Shown here: in pieces, positions 6,636-17,185 of the stretch
Layout: each line of letters begins with the position of its first letter
Numbering within the stretch: the stretch's first letter is position 1
Virus record (IMG/VR): IMGVR_UViG_3300020044_005319
Location: 1 to 41,800 of that record
Length of the DNA stretch: 41,800 nucleotides
From: a virus
Lineage: Duplodnaviria > Caudoviricetes
Strand: one strand, 5' to 3'
Made by a program: the position numbers and the translations under genes
The notes under the pieces: model-generated
The model's input: the letters and a program-made list of their open reading frames with translations, nothing else
Database searches by the model: none
What the model was told of the DNA's origin: nothing

Positions 6636-6874
6636 GTTACGCCGCCGCCTTCGCTGCATCCTTCGTGTATATCTGCCTGAAGGCTATGCAGCAGATCAAC
6701 GTGGTGCGGGACGCGCAGCGGTGGATCCTGCCCACGTCCCTTGGCATGACCGTGTGCGAATTCTACATTGTTGGGTACATCGCTGCAGTCGGGCCGACAG
6801 TGCCGGGTGTACTGGCCATCGGTATTGGCTCCGGACTGGGCTGCCTGTTGGCGATGCGGATACACCGCAAGTGA
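6632..6874 (+). CDS. Membrane protein (about 3 TM)
   Basis: Hydrophobic 80-aa ORF coupled to its neighbours. Confidence 0.65.
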   Translation: MSYAAAFAASFVYICLKAMQQINVVRDAQRWILPTSLGMTVCEFYIVGYIAAVGPTVPGVLAIGIGSGLGCLLAMRIHRK

Positions 6875-7065
6875 TCTACATCCTGTACCTGACATTCATC
6901 GGCAACGTCACGCCGCCGCAGCAGGTCGGCCCCTTCAAAGGCATTATCGCGTGTGAGCACGCTGCCGAGCAGGTGAAAACCGTTGACAACCGCATCCGAT
7001 CCACGGTATGCTTATCGTTGAACCATAAACCCATGCACTGGAATGGAAAGGAAATCCCGAAATGA
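6871..7065 (+). CDS. Hypothetical protein
   Basis: GTGA overlap; MIYILYLTFIG...C...C; stop overlaps the next ATG. Confidence 0.55.
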   Translation: MIYILYLTFIGNVTPPQQVGPFKGIIACEHAAEQVKTVDNRIRSTVCLSLNHKPMHWNGKEIPK

Positions 7066-7433
7066 CCCTACCGACTGACGCAGCCGCCCGCAAAGCGATT
7101 CCGGTGTACAGCGGGTTCATCAAGTATTTCCCCCGCGGCATGATCGCGGTGGCCGAACTCTCCCGCATCGGCAATGACCAGCACAATCCGGGGAAGCCCC
7201 TGCACTGGGACCGGTCGAAGTCCGGCGACGAAATGGATGCGCTGGTGCGGCACATGCTGGACGACGCCATGGGGGTGCCGACCGATACGGATGGGGTATT
7301 GCACGCCACCAAGCTGGCCTGGCGCGCGATGGGTAATCTGGAGAAGGTGCTGGAGAAGAAGGCGGCGGGGCTGGATACGCGGAACAGCCCTTCTATTGCC
7401 GAGCAATGGGCTGCCAATGGGGGGCGCAACTGA
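7062..7433 (+). CDS. dATP/dGTP diphosphohydrolase-like protein (DUF5664 type)
   Basis: RKAIPVYSGFIKYFP...GNDQHNPGKPLHWDRSKS..ALVRH..HATKLAWRAM pattern. Confidence 0.7.
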   Translation: MTLPTDAAARKAIPVYSGFIKYFPRGMIAVAELSRIGNDQHNPGKPLHWDRSKSGDEMDALVRHMLDDAMGVPTDTDGVLHATKLAWRAMGNLEKVLEKKAAGLDTRNSPSIAEQWAANGGRN

Positions 7434-8317
7434 TGCCCTACAAAGACATCACCAAGAAACGGGAAGCCGACCGCAAGTATTGGCTGAAGGTCAAGGGCGC
7501 CGGCCCGGATTCAGTATCGGCCGCCATGAACCGCTCGGTCGGCGTGGTGCAGGACTTGGGCATCAAGGTGCCAAAGGATGGCCTGAAGATCGCCACCATC
7601 CCGGACGTGCAAGCCATGCCGGACGTGCCGCTGGACCACCTGACATGGTACGGCAAATACCTGGCAGAGAAACGCCCGGACGTAATCGTCTGCATTGGCG
7701 ACTTCGGTGACTTTCCCAGCCTGTCGCAGTTTGGCCGTGGCAAGTTGGAGTTTGAAGGCCGGCGCTATCGCAAAGACCTTGATGCCTTTCACCGCGCCAT
7801 GGAACTGCTGATGGCGCCAATCGCCAAGGTTCGGGGCTGGAAGCCGCATCTGGAGTTCACCGAAGGCAACCACGAAAGTCACATCGAACGGGCAGTCAAC
7901 GAGGATCCGCGCCTGGAAGGGCTGATGTCGCTGGACGACCTGCGGCTGAAGGACTACGGCTGGCGGCAGCACAAGTTCCTGCAGCCGGTCAGCATCGGCG
8001 GCGTGGCGTTCTGCCACTACTTCCCGTCCGGCGTGATGGGTCGCCCGATCACGACGGCAGCGGAACTGTTGCGCAAGCTGCACATGAGTGCTTTCGCCGG
8101 CCACCAGCAAGGCCGCGAGATCGCCTTCGGCCGACGTGCCGATGGCGGGCATATGACGGCGATCATTTCCGGCAGTTTCTACCAGCACCAATACAAGTAT
8201 CTCAGCCCGTTCACCAACATGCACTGGCGCGGGGCTTATTTCCTGCACCAAGTAAAGGATGGACGGTTTGACGAGATGGCCCTGTCCCTTGATTACCTGA
8301 AACGGAGATATGCGTGA
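7433..8317 (+). CDS. Calcineurin-like metallophosphoesterase
   Basis: PDVQ, GDFGD, GNHE, CH and GHQQ motifs in canonical order; start placed at ATG 7433 (TGATG coupling). Confidence 0.85.
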   Translation: MPYKDITKKREADRKYWLKVKGAGPDSVSAAMNRSVGVVQDLGIKVPKDGLKIATIPDVQAMPDVPLDHLTWYGKYLAEKRPDVIVCIGDFGDFPSLSQFGRGKLEFEGRRYRKDLDAFHRAMELLMAPIAKVRGWKPHLEFTEGNHESHIERAVNEDPRLEGLMSLDDLRLKDYGWRQHKFLQPVSIGGVAFCHYFPSGVMGRPITTAAELLRKLHMSAFAGHQQGREIAFGRRADGGHMTAIISGSFYQHQYKYLSPFTNMHWRGAYFLHQVKDGRFDEMALSLDYLKRRYA

Positions 8318-8544
8318 GCGACACCGTAGATGCAAACGTTCTGAGAGCGGTGTTCGCTGCGCGCGTATCGCTGGCCAAGCTGTCCAAGGCTGAAGCGGTA
8401 GCGCACGCGGAAGACGAATGGGACAAGACCCAGCGATGGGTGGCGTCCGCCAGCAACAAGGAGGGGTCGTTCATCTGGTTCTGCCAGGAGTTCGATCTGG
8501 ATGAAGGTGCGGTGCGCAGGGCGATACGGGAGAGGCGGAAATGA
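8314..8544 (+). CDS. Hypothetical protein, possibly small DNA-binding
   Basis: GTGA overlap with GGAG SD; C-terminal [21 protein letters not shown] is helix-turn-helix-like. Confidence 0.6.
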   Translation: MSDTVDANVLRAVFAARVSLAKLSKAEAVAHAEDEWDKTQRWVASASNKEGSFIWFCQEFDLDEGAVRRAIRERRK

Positions 8545-9026
8545 TTGGCCAACAGTTTGGCCGGCTTACGGTAGCGGCTCGAGCCGGCAGCACGGCCGCG
8601 CAAAAAGCACGATGGCTTTGTCGCTGCGTATGTGGCGGCGAGATATTGGTTGCCACGGGCGATTTGCGGTCTGGGCAGCAACGTAGCTGCGGATGCTACC
8701 GACGCGAAGTTCTGGCCACCAGCGCCTTGTCTCACGGCCACAATCGTCGGGGAAAACGTACGCCGGAGTACCACACTTGGGCGGACATGATAAAACGCTG
8801 CACCAACCCAAAGAACTGGGCGTGGAAATATTACGGCGGCCGAGGGATTAAAGTCTGCGACCGTTGGCTGACGTTTCAGAACTTTTTTGACGACATGGGT
8901 ACGCGCCCGTCAGGACTCACGCTTGATCGGATTGACAATGACGGCGATTACGCGCCGGGTAATTGTCGTTGGGCCACACGCGCAGAGCAGGCGCGCAATC
9001 GCAGAAAGACCACGCGTGCAGCTTAG
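8541..9026 (+). CDS. Freestanding HNH homing endonuclease
   Basis: [56 protein letters not shown]. Confidence 0.85.
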   Translation: MIGQQFGRLTVAARAGSTAAQKARWLCRCVCGGEILVATGDLRSGQQRSCGCYRREVLATSALSHGHNRRGKRTPEYHTWADMIKRCTNPKNWAWKYYGGRGIKVCDRWLTFQNFFDDMGTRPSGLTLDRIDNDGDYAPGNCRWATRAEQARNRRKTTRAA

Positions 9027-10215
9027 ACCTTACCAAGCAGAGGCGATTGATTGGCTGGCGCCGCGCAGCCGCGCCTTATTGGCACTGGACATGCGCTTGG
9101 GCAAGACTATGATCGCCGTGCGCAGCGCCCATCGACAAGGCGCCCAATCAATCCTTGTCGTTTGCCCGGCCATCGCCATCCCCCACTGGCACCGGGAGAT
9201 TGAAAAGTGGTGGCCATCCGGGCCGCTGCCGAAGGCGGAAGTGTTGTCGTACAACATTGCCACGCACCTGTGGGAAGTCGGCAACCGTAAGAAGTTTGAC
9301 GTATTTATCCCGGACGAGGCGCACTTCGCCAAGAACCCGGAGGCCAAGCGCACCAAGATGGTCTATGGCAAGACGGGGTTTGGGCAATCAGCTGGCGCCA
9401 TCTGGCCGCTGTCGGGCACGCCGGCGCCGAAGCACGCCGCCGAACTCTGGCCGATGCTCAAAGCCTTTGGCGTGGTCGGCATGGATTACCAGCAGTTCAT
9501 CGAACGCTACTGCGTGTACGACAAGTGGGCTGACAAGATCCGTGGCACCAAGCAAGCCATGATCCCGGAACTGCGCAGCCTGCTGGCGACGGTGATGCTG
9601 CGCCGCACCCGCAAGGATGTGGCACCCGAGATGCCGGGCATCGACTTCCAGTTCTTGGAAATCACGCCGACTACCGCAGCTGATCTGCCGGCAGGCATTG
9701 ACACCGAACACTTGGAAGACAACCCGACTTCCCTGCAGGCCGAGCGCATTGCGGTGGCCCAGTCCAAGGTGCTGCCGCTGGCCAAGAACATCGACTTTGC
9801 GATCAGCAATGAACTCCTGAAGCAGGGGGTTGTGTTTGGCTGGCACACAGAACCACTGGAACACTTGACACGGTTGCTGAATTCGCTTAATATAAAGACC
9901 GAACTGTTGACCGGCAAGACGACGCCGACACAGCGGGAGCGGATACAAAACAATTTCCGGAATGGCTTGACACAGGTGATTACTGGGAACATAATGTCGT
10001 GCGGTACGGCGATTGACCTGTCCAGCGCGTCGCACGGATGGTTTATCGAGTTAGATTGGGTCAGCGGTAATAATGTGCAGGCAGCGAACCGATTGGTCAG
10101 CATGATGAAAAAAGAGAAGGTCACGATTGACGTGGCCACGGTGCCGGGAACGATTGATGACGGCGTGCAGCAAGTGTTGATGCGCCGCGTGCGGGAACTG
10201 AGTCAACTTTACTAG
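9016..10215 (+). CDS. SNF2-family (SF2) helicase
   Basis: LRPYQ Q-motif, MRLGKT, DEAH, LSGTP, motif VI-like QAANRL; start placed at GTG 9016. Confidence 0.9.
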   Translation: MQLRPYQAEAIDWLAPRSRALLALDMRLGKTMIAVRSAHRQGAQSILVVCPAIAIPHWHREIEKWWPSGPLPKAEVLSYNIATHLWEVGNRKKFDVFIPDEAHFAKNPEAKRTKMVYGKTGFGQSAGAIWPLSGTPAPKHAAELWPMLKAFGVVGMDYQQFIERYCVYDKWADKIRGTKQAMIPELRSLLATVMLRRTRKDVAPEMPGIDFQFLEITPTTAADLPAGIDTEHLEDNPTSLQAERIAVAQSKVLPLAKNIDFAISNELLKQGVVFGWHTEPLEHLTRLLNSLNIKTELLTGKTTPTQRERIQNNFRNGLTQVITGNIMSCGTAIDLSSASHGWFIELDWVSGNNVQAANRLVSMMKKEKVTIDVATVPGTIDDGVQQVLMRRVRELSQLY

Positions 10216-10224
10216 GAGCAACGA

Positions 10225-10740
10225 ATGATCGAAGTCACATTTAAGTTTGACAGCATTGAGAAAGCCATCGCCACGCTGGGTTCGCTGATGAAGGGCGCGG
10301 CGCCGGTGCCGAACATCGAGAATCCGGCGAAGCCCGAAGGCGGAACTGTTGACAAGAAACGCAAGCCCCGTGCGGATGCAGGCAAGCCGCGTGGGTCGTA
10401 CAAGGACAATGGGGTGGCTACGCCGCCGGCGCCCGCCGAAGCGGACAACGCCCAACCGTCGGGAGAAGTGCCTGCGGAAGTCATCCCACCCGAAACCGCA
10501 GCGCCGTCGGGAGCAGCCGTGTCCGGCCCGACCGGCGAATCCAACAGTGGTCCGACTGTGCAGACGGCCGCTGCGGCCACCCAAGAGCAAGCCCAGACTG
10601 CACTGGAAACCCTGTTCGCAGTCAAGGGCTTGCCGGCGGCGCAGGCCGCAATGGCGCAGTTTGCGGTATCCCGTCTGCGGGACATGAAACCGGAAGACTA
10701 CGGCCCGTTCGTGGCCGCAGCACAGGAGGCAACCAAGTAA
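10225..10740 (+). CDS. Hypothetical protein with Pro/Ala-rich linker
   Basis: AGGAG SD; occupies the usual position before the exonuclease-SSB-polA block in APSE-like phages. Confidence 0.75.
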   Translation: MIEVTFKFDSIEKAIATLGSLMKGAAPVPNIENPAKPEGGTVDKKRKPRADAGKPRGSYKDNGVATPPAPAEADNAQPSGEVPAEVIPPETAAPSGAAVSGPTGESNSGPTVQTAAAATQEQAQTALETLFAVKGLPAAQAAMAQFAVSRLRDMKPEDYGPFVAAAQEATK

Positions 10741-10847
10741 TGTACCCGATGGCCAACTACTTCTATTGCCTGTCCGAACTGGTTGCTTTTGAATTGCCGG
10801 TGGACACGTTCATTCTGGGCTGGATCGCCAACGAGGAAAACCAGTAA
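10740..10847 (+). CDS. Small hypothetical protein (35 aa)
   Basis: TAATG coupling at both ends with AGGAGG SD. Confidence 0.5.
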   Translation: MYPMANYFYCLSELVAFELPVDTFILGWIANEENQ

Positions 10848-11584
10848 TGGCGCTACACGCCAAGCTGTCCGCGTCAGCTGCGCACCGCTGGATGAACTGT
10901 CCAGCCAGCGTACGGCTGTCGGAAGGCGTGCCGCACGTCGAAAGCCCGCACGCCAGTCTCGGCACCATGGCGCACTCGGTGGCGGCGTATTGTCTCAAGA
11001 ACCGGCTGCCGGCCAGCGCCGTCCTGGACGATCATGCGGACAGCGTGCAGTTCTATCTGGACTTCTGCCGTGCGCAGCCCGGCAACCACGCTGTTGAGAT
11101 TGATCTGGCCCCTGCGCTGGCCCGCATCGACCCGGACACTGGCGGCACGGCGGACTTTGTGTGCTGGACGGAAGACGGCAAGCACCTGCTGGTGGCCGAC
11201 TTCAAGTTCGGAACCGGTGTGCCCGTGGCGGCGGAAGACAACAAGCAGTTGAAAATGTATGCGCTCGGTGCTATGCTGTCACTCTACCTGCAGCCGGAGA
11301 CAGTCGAAGTGGCCATTGTGCAACCACGGTTGGAAGACCCGGATCAGTGGGTGAAGCGAAATACCTTTCGCGCCATTGACCTGCTGGACTTTGCAGCGGA
11401 TGTGCAGGAGGCGGCAGTGAAGGCGCGGCTGCCGGATGCGGAGCCGGTGCCGGGTGAAGAACAGTGCCGTTGGTGCCAGGCGGCGAAGGCGAAGCGATGT
11501 TCGGTGGCAGTGAAGACGGGCTACAGGAAACCCGCTGGCGCCAAGATTAAAGCAGATGACTTTGCGGTAATGACGGGACCGTGA
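10847..11584 (+). CDS. Cas4-like PD-(D/E)xK exonuclease (DUF2800 type)
   Basis: HAKLSASAAHRWMNCPAS, GTMAH, GTAD, DFKFG, QLKMYALG, CRWC...C. Confidence 0.88.
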   Translation: MALHAKLSASAAHRWMNCPASVRLSEGVPHVESPHASLGTMAHSVAAYCLKNRLPASAVLDDHADSVQFYLDFCRAQPGNHAVEIDLAPALARIDPDTGGTADFVCWTEDGKHLLVADFKFGTGVPVAAEDNKQLKMYALGAMLSLYLQPETVEVAIVQPRLEDPDQWVKRNTFRAIDLLDFAADVQEAAVKARLPDAEPVPGEEQCRWCQAAKAKRCSVAVKTGYRKPAGAKIKADDFAVMTGP

Positions 11585-11633
11585 GCCAACAGAAGTAATC
11601 TCCCCCGTCTACAACTTGAAGGAGCAGCAAACC

Positions 11634-12221
11634 ATGGGTACTCGCGTTCGCATCAACGATGTCCGTTTCAACTTCACCAACAACCTGTTCACCGCCGGCA
11701 AGGCCAAGGGCAACGACAGCGGCAAAGAGAAGTTCAGCGTCGTCGCCATCTTCGGGCGGGAGCATCCGCAGATTGCCGAGATCAAGGCGGCGCTGCTGGA
11801 AGCTGCCACCGCCAAGTGGGGCGCCAAGGCTGCCGAAGTATTGAAGCAACTGTCCGCCGGCGACCGTATCTGCCTGCATGATGGCGATGCCAAGAGCGAC
11901 CACGCAGGCTACGCCGGCAACTACTTCATCAACGCCAGCAACGAACTGCGCCCGCTGGTCATCGGCCCGAACCGGGAGAACCTGGTGGCGGCTGACGGCA
12001 AGCCCTACTCCGGGTCTTACGGCAACATCATTCTGGAGTTCTGGGCGCAGGACAACCAGTTCGGCAAGCGGGTGAACGCTTCTCTGCTCGGCGTGCAGCA
12101 CGTCAAGGACGGCGAACGCCTGTCCGGCGGCGGTGTTGCGGCAGCGGATGACTTTGAAGCGATCCCGCAGCCGGCAGGTCAAGCGGTGGCCAGCGGCACC
12201 GGCGCAGCAGCACTGTTCTAA
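11634..12221 (+). CDS. ssDNA-binding protein (DUF2815, gp2.5-like)
   Basis: LHDGD, YSGSYG, LLGVQHVKDGERL, acidic tail ending in F; GGAG SD. Confidence 0.85.
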   Translation: MGTRVRINDVRFNFTNNLFTAGKAKGNDSGKEKFSVVAIFGREHPQIAEIKAALLEAATAKWGAKAAEVLKQLSAGDRICLHDGDAKSDHAGYAGNYFINASNELRPLVIGPNRENLVAADGKPYSGSYGNIILEFWAQDNQFGKRVNASLLGVQHVKDGERLSGGGVAAADDFEAIPQPAGQAVASGTGAAALF

Positions 12222-12233
12222 AGAACGGCCCTT

Positions 12234-12272
12234 CCCCGTCGGCGCAGTGTGGGCTGGCGGGGTCTTTTTCTT
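12234..12272 (+). terminator. Intrinsic terminator after ssb
   Basis: CCCCGTCGGC/GCTGGCGGGG stem followed by TCTTTTTC. Confidence 0.7.
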
Positions 12273-12284
12273 CTGGAGAATTCA

Positions 12285-13343
12285 ATGGCCGCCTATTACA
12301 ACGAGATTGATCCCTACGCCGCCCAGTGGCTGCGTAACCTGATCGCCGCGGGGCACATCGCACCCGGCGACGTGGACGAAAGGAGCATCAACGATGTCAA
12401 AGCCGACGACCTCAAAAGCTACACCCAGTGCCACTTCTTCGCTGGCATCGGGGTTTGGTCCTACGCACTCCGACTCGCAGGCTGGCCCGACGACCGGCCC
12501 GTGTGGACCGGAAGCTGCCCCTGCCAGCCGTTCAGCGCAGCAGGAAAGCAGCAAGGAACCGCAGACGACCGGCACCTCTGGCCTGTCTGGGCAGAACTTA
12601 TCCGCCAGCGAAAGCCTGCGGTTGTCTTTGGTGAACAGGTTGAAGCAGCGATCCGCCACGGCTGGCTCGACCTTGTTCAAGCTGACCTGGAAGGAATCGG
12701 TTACGCCTTCGCAGCGGCCGGTATCCCTGCTGCGGGCTTCGGTGCGCCGCATATCCGACAGCGACTGTGGTTCGTGGCCGACGCCGGCAACGAGGGATTG
12801 GAAAGACGGAGCGGCGCCGAGCGTAGTGAACAGTGGGAGAACGGACAAGCTGACGCATTGCGTGCATTTGTCGGGCTGGAAAACCCCGAACTGCCCGCGC
12901 AATCACGACAGCGATCTGTCGGCGGGCCGAGTTTATTCCAGCAAGAAGCAGGAGGACTTGCCAGAGCAGGCGTGGCTGATGGATTGGACGATGCCGGATC
13001 GAACCCCCGGATGCTACTTGAAAGCGAATCTGGCGGGGTGGCCGACACCACAAGCGAACAATGCAACGCGGGGCGGATCGGAGCAGCGGGCAACGAACCC
13101 GGAGAGGTCCAGCGATCTGCACGACTTCGTGCTGTTGGCGAAGAACGGACCGGCCCGACTAACGGCCACTGGCGAAATGCTGACTGGCTCCACTGCCGGG
13201 ATGGAAAGTGGCGGCCAGTTGAACCCGGCACATTCCCGCTGGCTCATGGGGCTGCCAGCCGAGTGGGACGCCTGCGCGCCTACGGCAACGCGATCGTCCC
13301 GCAAGTTGCCGCAGAAGTTATCTCAGCCTACATGCTTGGCTGA
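12285..13343 (+). CDS. C5 cytosine DNA methyltransferase, catalytic (alpha) chain
   Basis: FFAGIG (motif I), GSCPCQPFS (IV), GEQV (VI), HIRQRLWFV (VIII), LRAYGNAIV (X); motif IX is not in this frame; GGAG SD. Confidence 0.9.
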   Translation: MAAYYNEIDPYAAQWLRNLIAAGHIAPGDVDERSINDVKADDLKSYTQCHFFAGIGVWSYALRLAGWPDDRPVWTGSCPCQPFSAAGKQQGTADDRHLWPVWAELIRQRKPAVVFGEQVEAAIRHGWLDLVQADLEGIGYAFAAAGIPAAGFGAPHIRQRLWFVADAGNEGLERRSGAERSEQWENGQADALRAFVGLENPELPAQSRQRSVGGPSLFQQEAGGLARAGVADGLDDAGSNPRMLLESESGGVADTTSEQCNAGRIGAAGNEPGEVQRSARLRAVGEERTGPTNGHWRNADWLHCRDGKWRPVEPGTFPLAHGAASRVGRLRAYGNAIVPQVAAEVISAYMLG

Positions 13344-13353
13344 TCTCTTGTGA
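12394..13353 (+). CDS. C5 methyltransferase beta chain (TRD modules plus motif IX) in an overlapping +1 frame
   Basis: Own SD AAGGAG 8 nt before the ATG; repeated WxTP modules; [16 protein letters not shown] is motif IX-like; its stop overlaps the polA GTG (GTGA). Confidence 0.8.
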   Translation: MSKPTTSKATPSATSSLASGFGPTHSDSQAGPTTGPCGPEAAPASRSAQQESSKEPQTTGTSGLSGQNLSASESLRLSLVNRLKQRSATAGSTLFKLTWKESVTPSQRPVSLLRASVRRISDSDCGSWPTPATRDWKDGAAPSVVNSGRTDKLTHCVHLSGWKTPNCPRNHDSDLSAGRVYSSKKQEDLPEQAWLMDWTMPDRTPGCYLKANLAGWPTPQANNATRGGSEQRATNPERSSDLHDFVLLAKNGPARLTATGEMLTGSTAGMESGGQLNPAHSRWLMGLPAEWDACAPTATRSSRKLPQKLSQPTCLADLL

Positions 13354-15377
13354 CCGAACCCGTCGCACACGGTGACTTTGAAACCCGCAGCGTCGTTGAC
13401 CTGCGGGAAGTCGGGCTGCACAACTACGCCCGCCATGAATCCACGGATGCGTGGTGCTTCTCTTGGGCCATCGGGGATATGGAGCCGGAAGTCTGGGTGC
13501 CCGGCGACAAGTTCCCTGACATAATGCGGCGACACATTGAATCCGGCCGGCAGTTCCACGCCTGGAACGCGCCTTTTGAATTGGCGATCTGGAGCGAAGT
13601 CATGCGCCGCCGTTACAACTGGCCCGTCATTCGCCCCGAGCAGACGCACTGTGTTATGGCCCGAGCCTACGCCATGGGGCTGCCTGGGGCGCTGGAAGAC
13701 GCCGCTCTGGCGCTGGGCCTTCCGCTGCTGAAGGACACTGAAGGTAGGGCGCTAATGCTTCGCATGTGTAGGCCGCGCAGCAAGCCCAATCAGCCGATTG
13801 CATGGTGGGATGATTTGGACAAACAAGAACGGCTACGCACGTATTGCCAGCAAGACGTTCGGGTAGAACGGGAAGTCGGTCGCCGCGTGCTTCCGCTCTC
13901 CGACAAGGAACGCCAGGTCTGGTTGCTGGACTACCAGATCAACCAACGTGGCGTGATGATTGACGTGCCCACGGCCAAGGCGGCGATCACCCTGGCCGAC
14001 ACTATGAAGGTGAAATATGACGAACAGATGGCCATCGCCACCGGTGGTGCCGCGACTTCATGCACGGCGCTTGCTCCGATCAAGGAGTGGCTCAATCAAC
14101 AAGGCTGCCACAAAGCACTCGCTGGCTTGGCTAAGGCGGATGTCACGGAACTGCTGGCCAATGAGACTTCGCCTGCTGCCCGACGTGTCTTGACTTTACG
14201 GCAGGAGGCCGGAAAGGCCAGCAACGCCAAGTTCAACGTGATGGTCAATCAAGCCGGCGATGATGACCGGCTGCGCAATCTGTTCCAGTATCACGGCGCC
14301 GGCCCCGGCCGCTGGGCTGGCCGTGCGGTGCAAGTTCACAACCTTGTCCGTGACATGCCGAAGGCTCGCGTCATAGAGCACGTCATGGAGTTGGTGCGGC
14401 AAGGGCAGCATGAAGTCATCGACATGATCTACGGCCCGCCGTTGTCGATGCTGTCTCGCTGTATGCGGTCGTTCTTTATGGCGCCGGACGGCAAGATGCT
14501 GCTGGCGGCGGACTTCTCAAACGTCGAAGGGCGGGGTGCTGCATGGTTCGCCGGCGAACACTGGAAGATCGAAGCCTTCCGTGCAGCCGACGCCAAGACC
14601 GGCCCCGGCATCTACGAGTTGGCCTACGCCAAGTCGTTCAACGTGCCGGTGGAGTCGGTCAAGAATCCGTCCGAGGAACGGCAGGTCGGCAAGACGATGG
14701 AGTTGGCTTTCGGCTACCAAGGTGGGGTCGGCAGCTTTCATGTGATGGGTAAAACTTACGGAGTGAAAGTCACTGATGAAAAAGCAGACGAGTTTAAAAA
14801 CGCCTGGCGTTCAGCGCACCCGAAAATCGTCAGCGCGTGGTACGACATCCAAAGGGCGGCGATCAACGCCGTCAAGAACCCCGGCGAAGTCTACGCCTGT
14901 GGTCATCCCGGCCGCCAAGCCAAGTTCAAGGTGGCCGGTTCGTTTCTATGGTGCCTGCTGCCAAGTGGTCGGGCAATTTGCTACCCGTATGCGAAATTGC
15001 TGGAAGGCGAGTATGGGCCGCAGCTGACCTACATGACCAACCCTTCCCCGGATGACCGGAAGAAGGGCAAGGTCATCAAAGACCCGCAGAACTCAGCCAA
15101 TTGGGCGCGGGTCGGCACCTATGGCGGCAGCCTGTTCAACAACATCATCCAAGGCACTTGCCGTGACCTGCTGGCAGATTGCATGTTGCGTCTGGACGGA
15201 CTTGGTGCTAACATAGTTCTTCACGTTCACGACGAAGCGGTTGTGGAAGTTGACGCGGACAAAGCAGAAGCCGCGCGCCAGAAGATGCAAGAGATTATGC
15301 GAACCCCGCCCGAGTGGGCTGCCGGGTTCCCCCTTTGGGCCGACTGTGGAATTATGAAAAGGTACGGTAAAGGCTGA
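13350..15377 (+). CDS. polA: Family A DNA polymerase
   Basis: Exo I DFETRS, motif A DFSNVEGR, motif [17 protein letters not shown], motif C HVHDE. Confidence 0.95.
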   Translation: MTEPVAHGDFETRSVVDLREVGLHNYARHESTDAWCFSWAIGDMEPEVWVPGDKFPDIMRRHIESGRQFHAWNAPFELAIWSEVMRRRYNWPVIRPEQTHCVMARAYAMGLPGALEDAALALGLPLLKDTEGRALMLRMCRPRSKPNQPIAWWDDLDKQERLRTYCQQDVRVEREVGRRVLPLSDKERQVWLLDYQINQRGVMIDVPTAKAAITLADTMKVKYDEQMAIATGGAATSCTALAPIKEWLNQQGCHKALAGLAKADVTELLANETSPAARRVLTLRQEAGKASNAKFNVMVNQAGDDDRLRNLFQYHGAGPGRWAGRAVQVHNLVRDMPKARVIEHVMELVRQGQHEVIDMIYGPPLSMLSRCMRSFFMAPDGKMLLAADFSNVEGRGAAWFAGEHWKIEAFRAADAKTGPGIYELAYAKSFNVPVESVKNPSEERQVGKTMELAFGYQGGVGSFHVMGKTYGVKVTDEKADEFKNAWRSAHPKIVSAWYDIQRAAINAVKNPGEVYACGHPGRQAKFKVAGSFLWCLLPSGRAICYPYAKLLEGEYGPQLTYMTNPSPDDRKKGKVIKDPQNSANWARVGTYGGSLFNNIIQGTCRDLLADCMLRLDGLGANIVLHVHDEAVVEVDADKAEAARQKMQEIMRTPPEWAAGFPLWADCGIMKRYGKG

Positions 15378-17185
15378 TGACCACAAAACTCGACGCAGCC
15401 ATTGCCCTTGCAGCCAAGGGCTTTGAAGTGTTCCCGATCAAGCCGGGGGCCAAGTTCCCGCCGTTGATCAAGGACTGGCCAAACAAAGCAACCGGCAGCC
15501 CGCAGCTGTTCGGCCCGTGGTGGGACCAGTGGCCCGACGCCAACATTGGGATTCACACCAAAGGGCTGGTGGTTATTGACGTTGATGTCAACAAGGGCGG
15601 GGATGATTCTCTGGCCCTACTGGAGATGACTTATGGCTTGCCTGACACTCTCACTTGCAATACTCCAAGCGGTGGCCGGCATCTATTCTACCGTGCTTGT
15701 ACTCCGACACCCAACCGGGTGGACGCCCTTGGCCGCGGGGTTGATATACGCAGCGACAATGGCTATGTTGTTGGCGCTGGTAGTGGAACTGCCGCCGGGA
15801 GCTATGTGTGGGCCAATAGTGATCAAGGGATAGCTGACGCCCCCGACTGGCTAGTTCAGAAACTTGGAACGATCGTGCCAAAAACCAGCACGACTTCCGA
15901 GCCGGTGCAGGACGCCGACGCCAGCGTGGTGGAACGGGCACGGGAATGGCTTGCCAAGCAACCCGGCGCCGTAGAGGGCGAAGGTGGTGACACCTACACC
16001 TTCAAGGTGATCTGCGCCCTGCGGGATCTCGGGCCGTCAGCCGAGCAGGCTGGCGAACTGCTGGCTGAGTGGAACGAACGCTGCTCCCCGCCATGGTCGC
16101 CTACTGAATTAGGCGTTAAGATCGACAACGCCTACGCCTACGCCCAGAACGAAGCCGGTGTGCGCGCTGCCCTACCGGACGACTTTCCGGTCGTGGACGT
16201 GCCGCCGGCACCGCCCCGCAAGCCCACGAAGGTCGCCCGGCTTTCGCAATTTGCGAATAGCGAATCCAAAGGGCCGGGCTACTTGGCCAAGGGCTTGCTG
16301 CAGAAAGCCTCCTACGCCATCGCCTACGGCCCGCCCGGCGGCGGCAAGACCTTCACTCTGCTGGACTTGGCGTACCACATTGCCGCTGGCAAGGAATGGA
16401 TGGGCCACAAAGTCCACGGCGGGCCGGTGCTATATCTGCCCTTTGAGGGCGGCGGCGGACTGATCAAACGCGCCCAGGCGCTGCGCCAGAAATACGGCGA
16501 CGCTGACGTGCCATTCTTCATCGCACCCGCCAGCTTCAATCTGCGGGAGCAAACTGGCCGCAAGGAGCTTGGCGCGGTCATTGCCGACCTGCCGGAGAAA
16601 CCGGTGCTGATCGTAATCGACACCCTGGCTCGAGCTTTGATGGGCGGGGACGAGAATTCCGCACAGGACGTAGGGGCTTTCAACAGTGCCGTGGCCGCCC
16701 TGATCGAATCCACCGGCGCCTGTGTGTTGATTGTCCACCACTCGGGCAAGAACCAGAACGCCGGGGCGCGCGGGTCGTCAGCCCTCTTGGGGGCTATTGA
16801 CACGGAGTTGCAGATCAGTGACAATAGGGTGACTGCCAGCAAGCAACGGGACGTGGAGATTGGTGCGCCGATCGGCTTCAAGCTGGTGCCGGTGGTGGTC
16901 GGGGTAGACTCCGATGGCGACGAGATGACATCCTGCGTGGTGGAACCGGACGCCGTAGGTGCCGGTCCTACCGGCAGACTGGCCGGCCACGCCAAGCGGG
17001 GGTTTGAAGTGCTGTGCCAGCTGCGGCCGGATAACACCTCGATCAGCGACATTGAATGGAAAGAGGCGTGCATGGAGTTCCTGCCTGCACGCAAGGCGTC
17101 ATTCTATGACATGAAGCATGTGCTGCTGAAGAAGCGATACATTGTGGTTGACAACGAAGGGCTGGTGACACGGAGGATGGAATAG
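15377..17185 (+). CDS. Primase-polymerase with primase C-terminal domain and AAA (RepA-like) helicase
   Basis: VFP..K.P, VIDVD, TPSGGRHLFY, GVDIR; WNERCSPPWS; Walker A GPPGGGKT, Walker B IVIDT, VHHSGK, RGSSAL. Confidence 0.92.
   Translation: MTTKLDAAIALAAKGFEVFPIKPGAKFPPLIKDWPNKATGSPQLFGPWWDQWPDANIGIHTKGLVVIDVDVNKGGDDSLALLEMTYGLPDTLTCNTPSGGRHLFYRACTPTPNRVDALGRGVDIRSDNGYVVGAGSGTAAGSYVWANSDQGIADAPDWLVQKLGTIVPKTSTTSEPVQDADASVVERAREWLAKQPGAVEGEGGDTYTFKVICALRDLGPSAEQAGELLAEWNERCSPPWSPTELGVKIDNAYAYAQNEAGVRAALPDDFPVVDVPPAPPRKPTKVARLSQFANSESKGPGYLAKGLLQKASYAIAYGPPGGGKTFTLLDLAYHIAAGKEWMGHKVHGGPVLYLPFEGGGGLIKRAQALRQKYGDADVPFFIAPASFNLREQTGRKELGAVIADLPEKPVLIVIDTLARALMGGDENSAQDVGAFNSAVAALIESTGACVLIVHHSGKNQNAGARGSSALLGAIDTELQISDNRVTASKQRDVEIGAPIGFKLVPVVVGVDSDGDEMTSCVVEPDAVGAGPTGRLAGHAKRGFEVLCQLRPDNTSISDIEWKEACMEFLPARKASFYDMKHVLLKKRYIVVDNEGLVTRRME

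Noticed and set aside
7062-7433. Z-genome or 7-deazaguanine DNA modification
   Set aside because: No PurZ, FolE/QueC/QueD/QueE or DpdA gene was recognised in the window.
10847-11584. Cas4 as evidence of a CRISPR system
   Set aside because: It is the standard DUF2800-type exonuclease of the exo-SSB-polA module; no cas1, cas2 or array is present.
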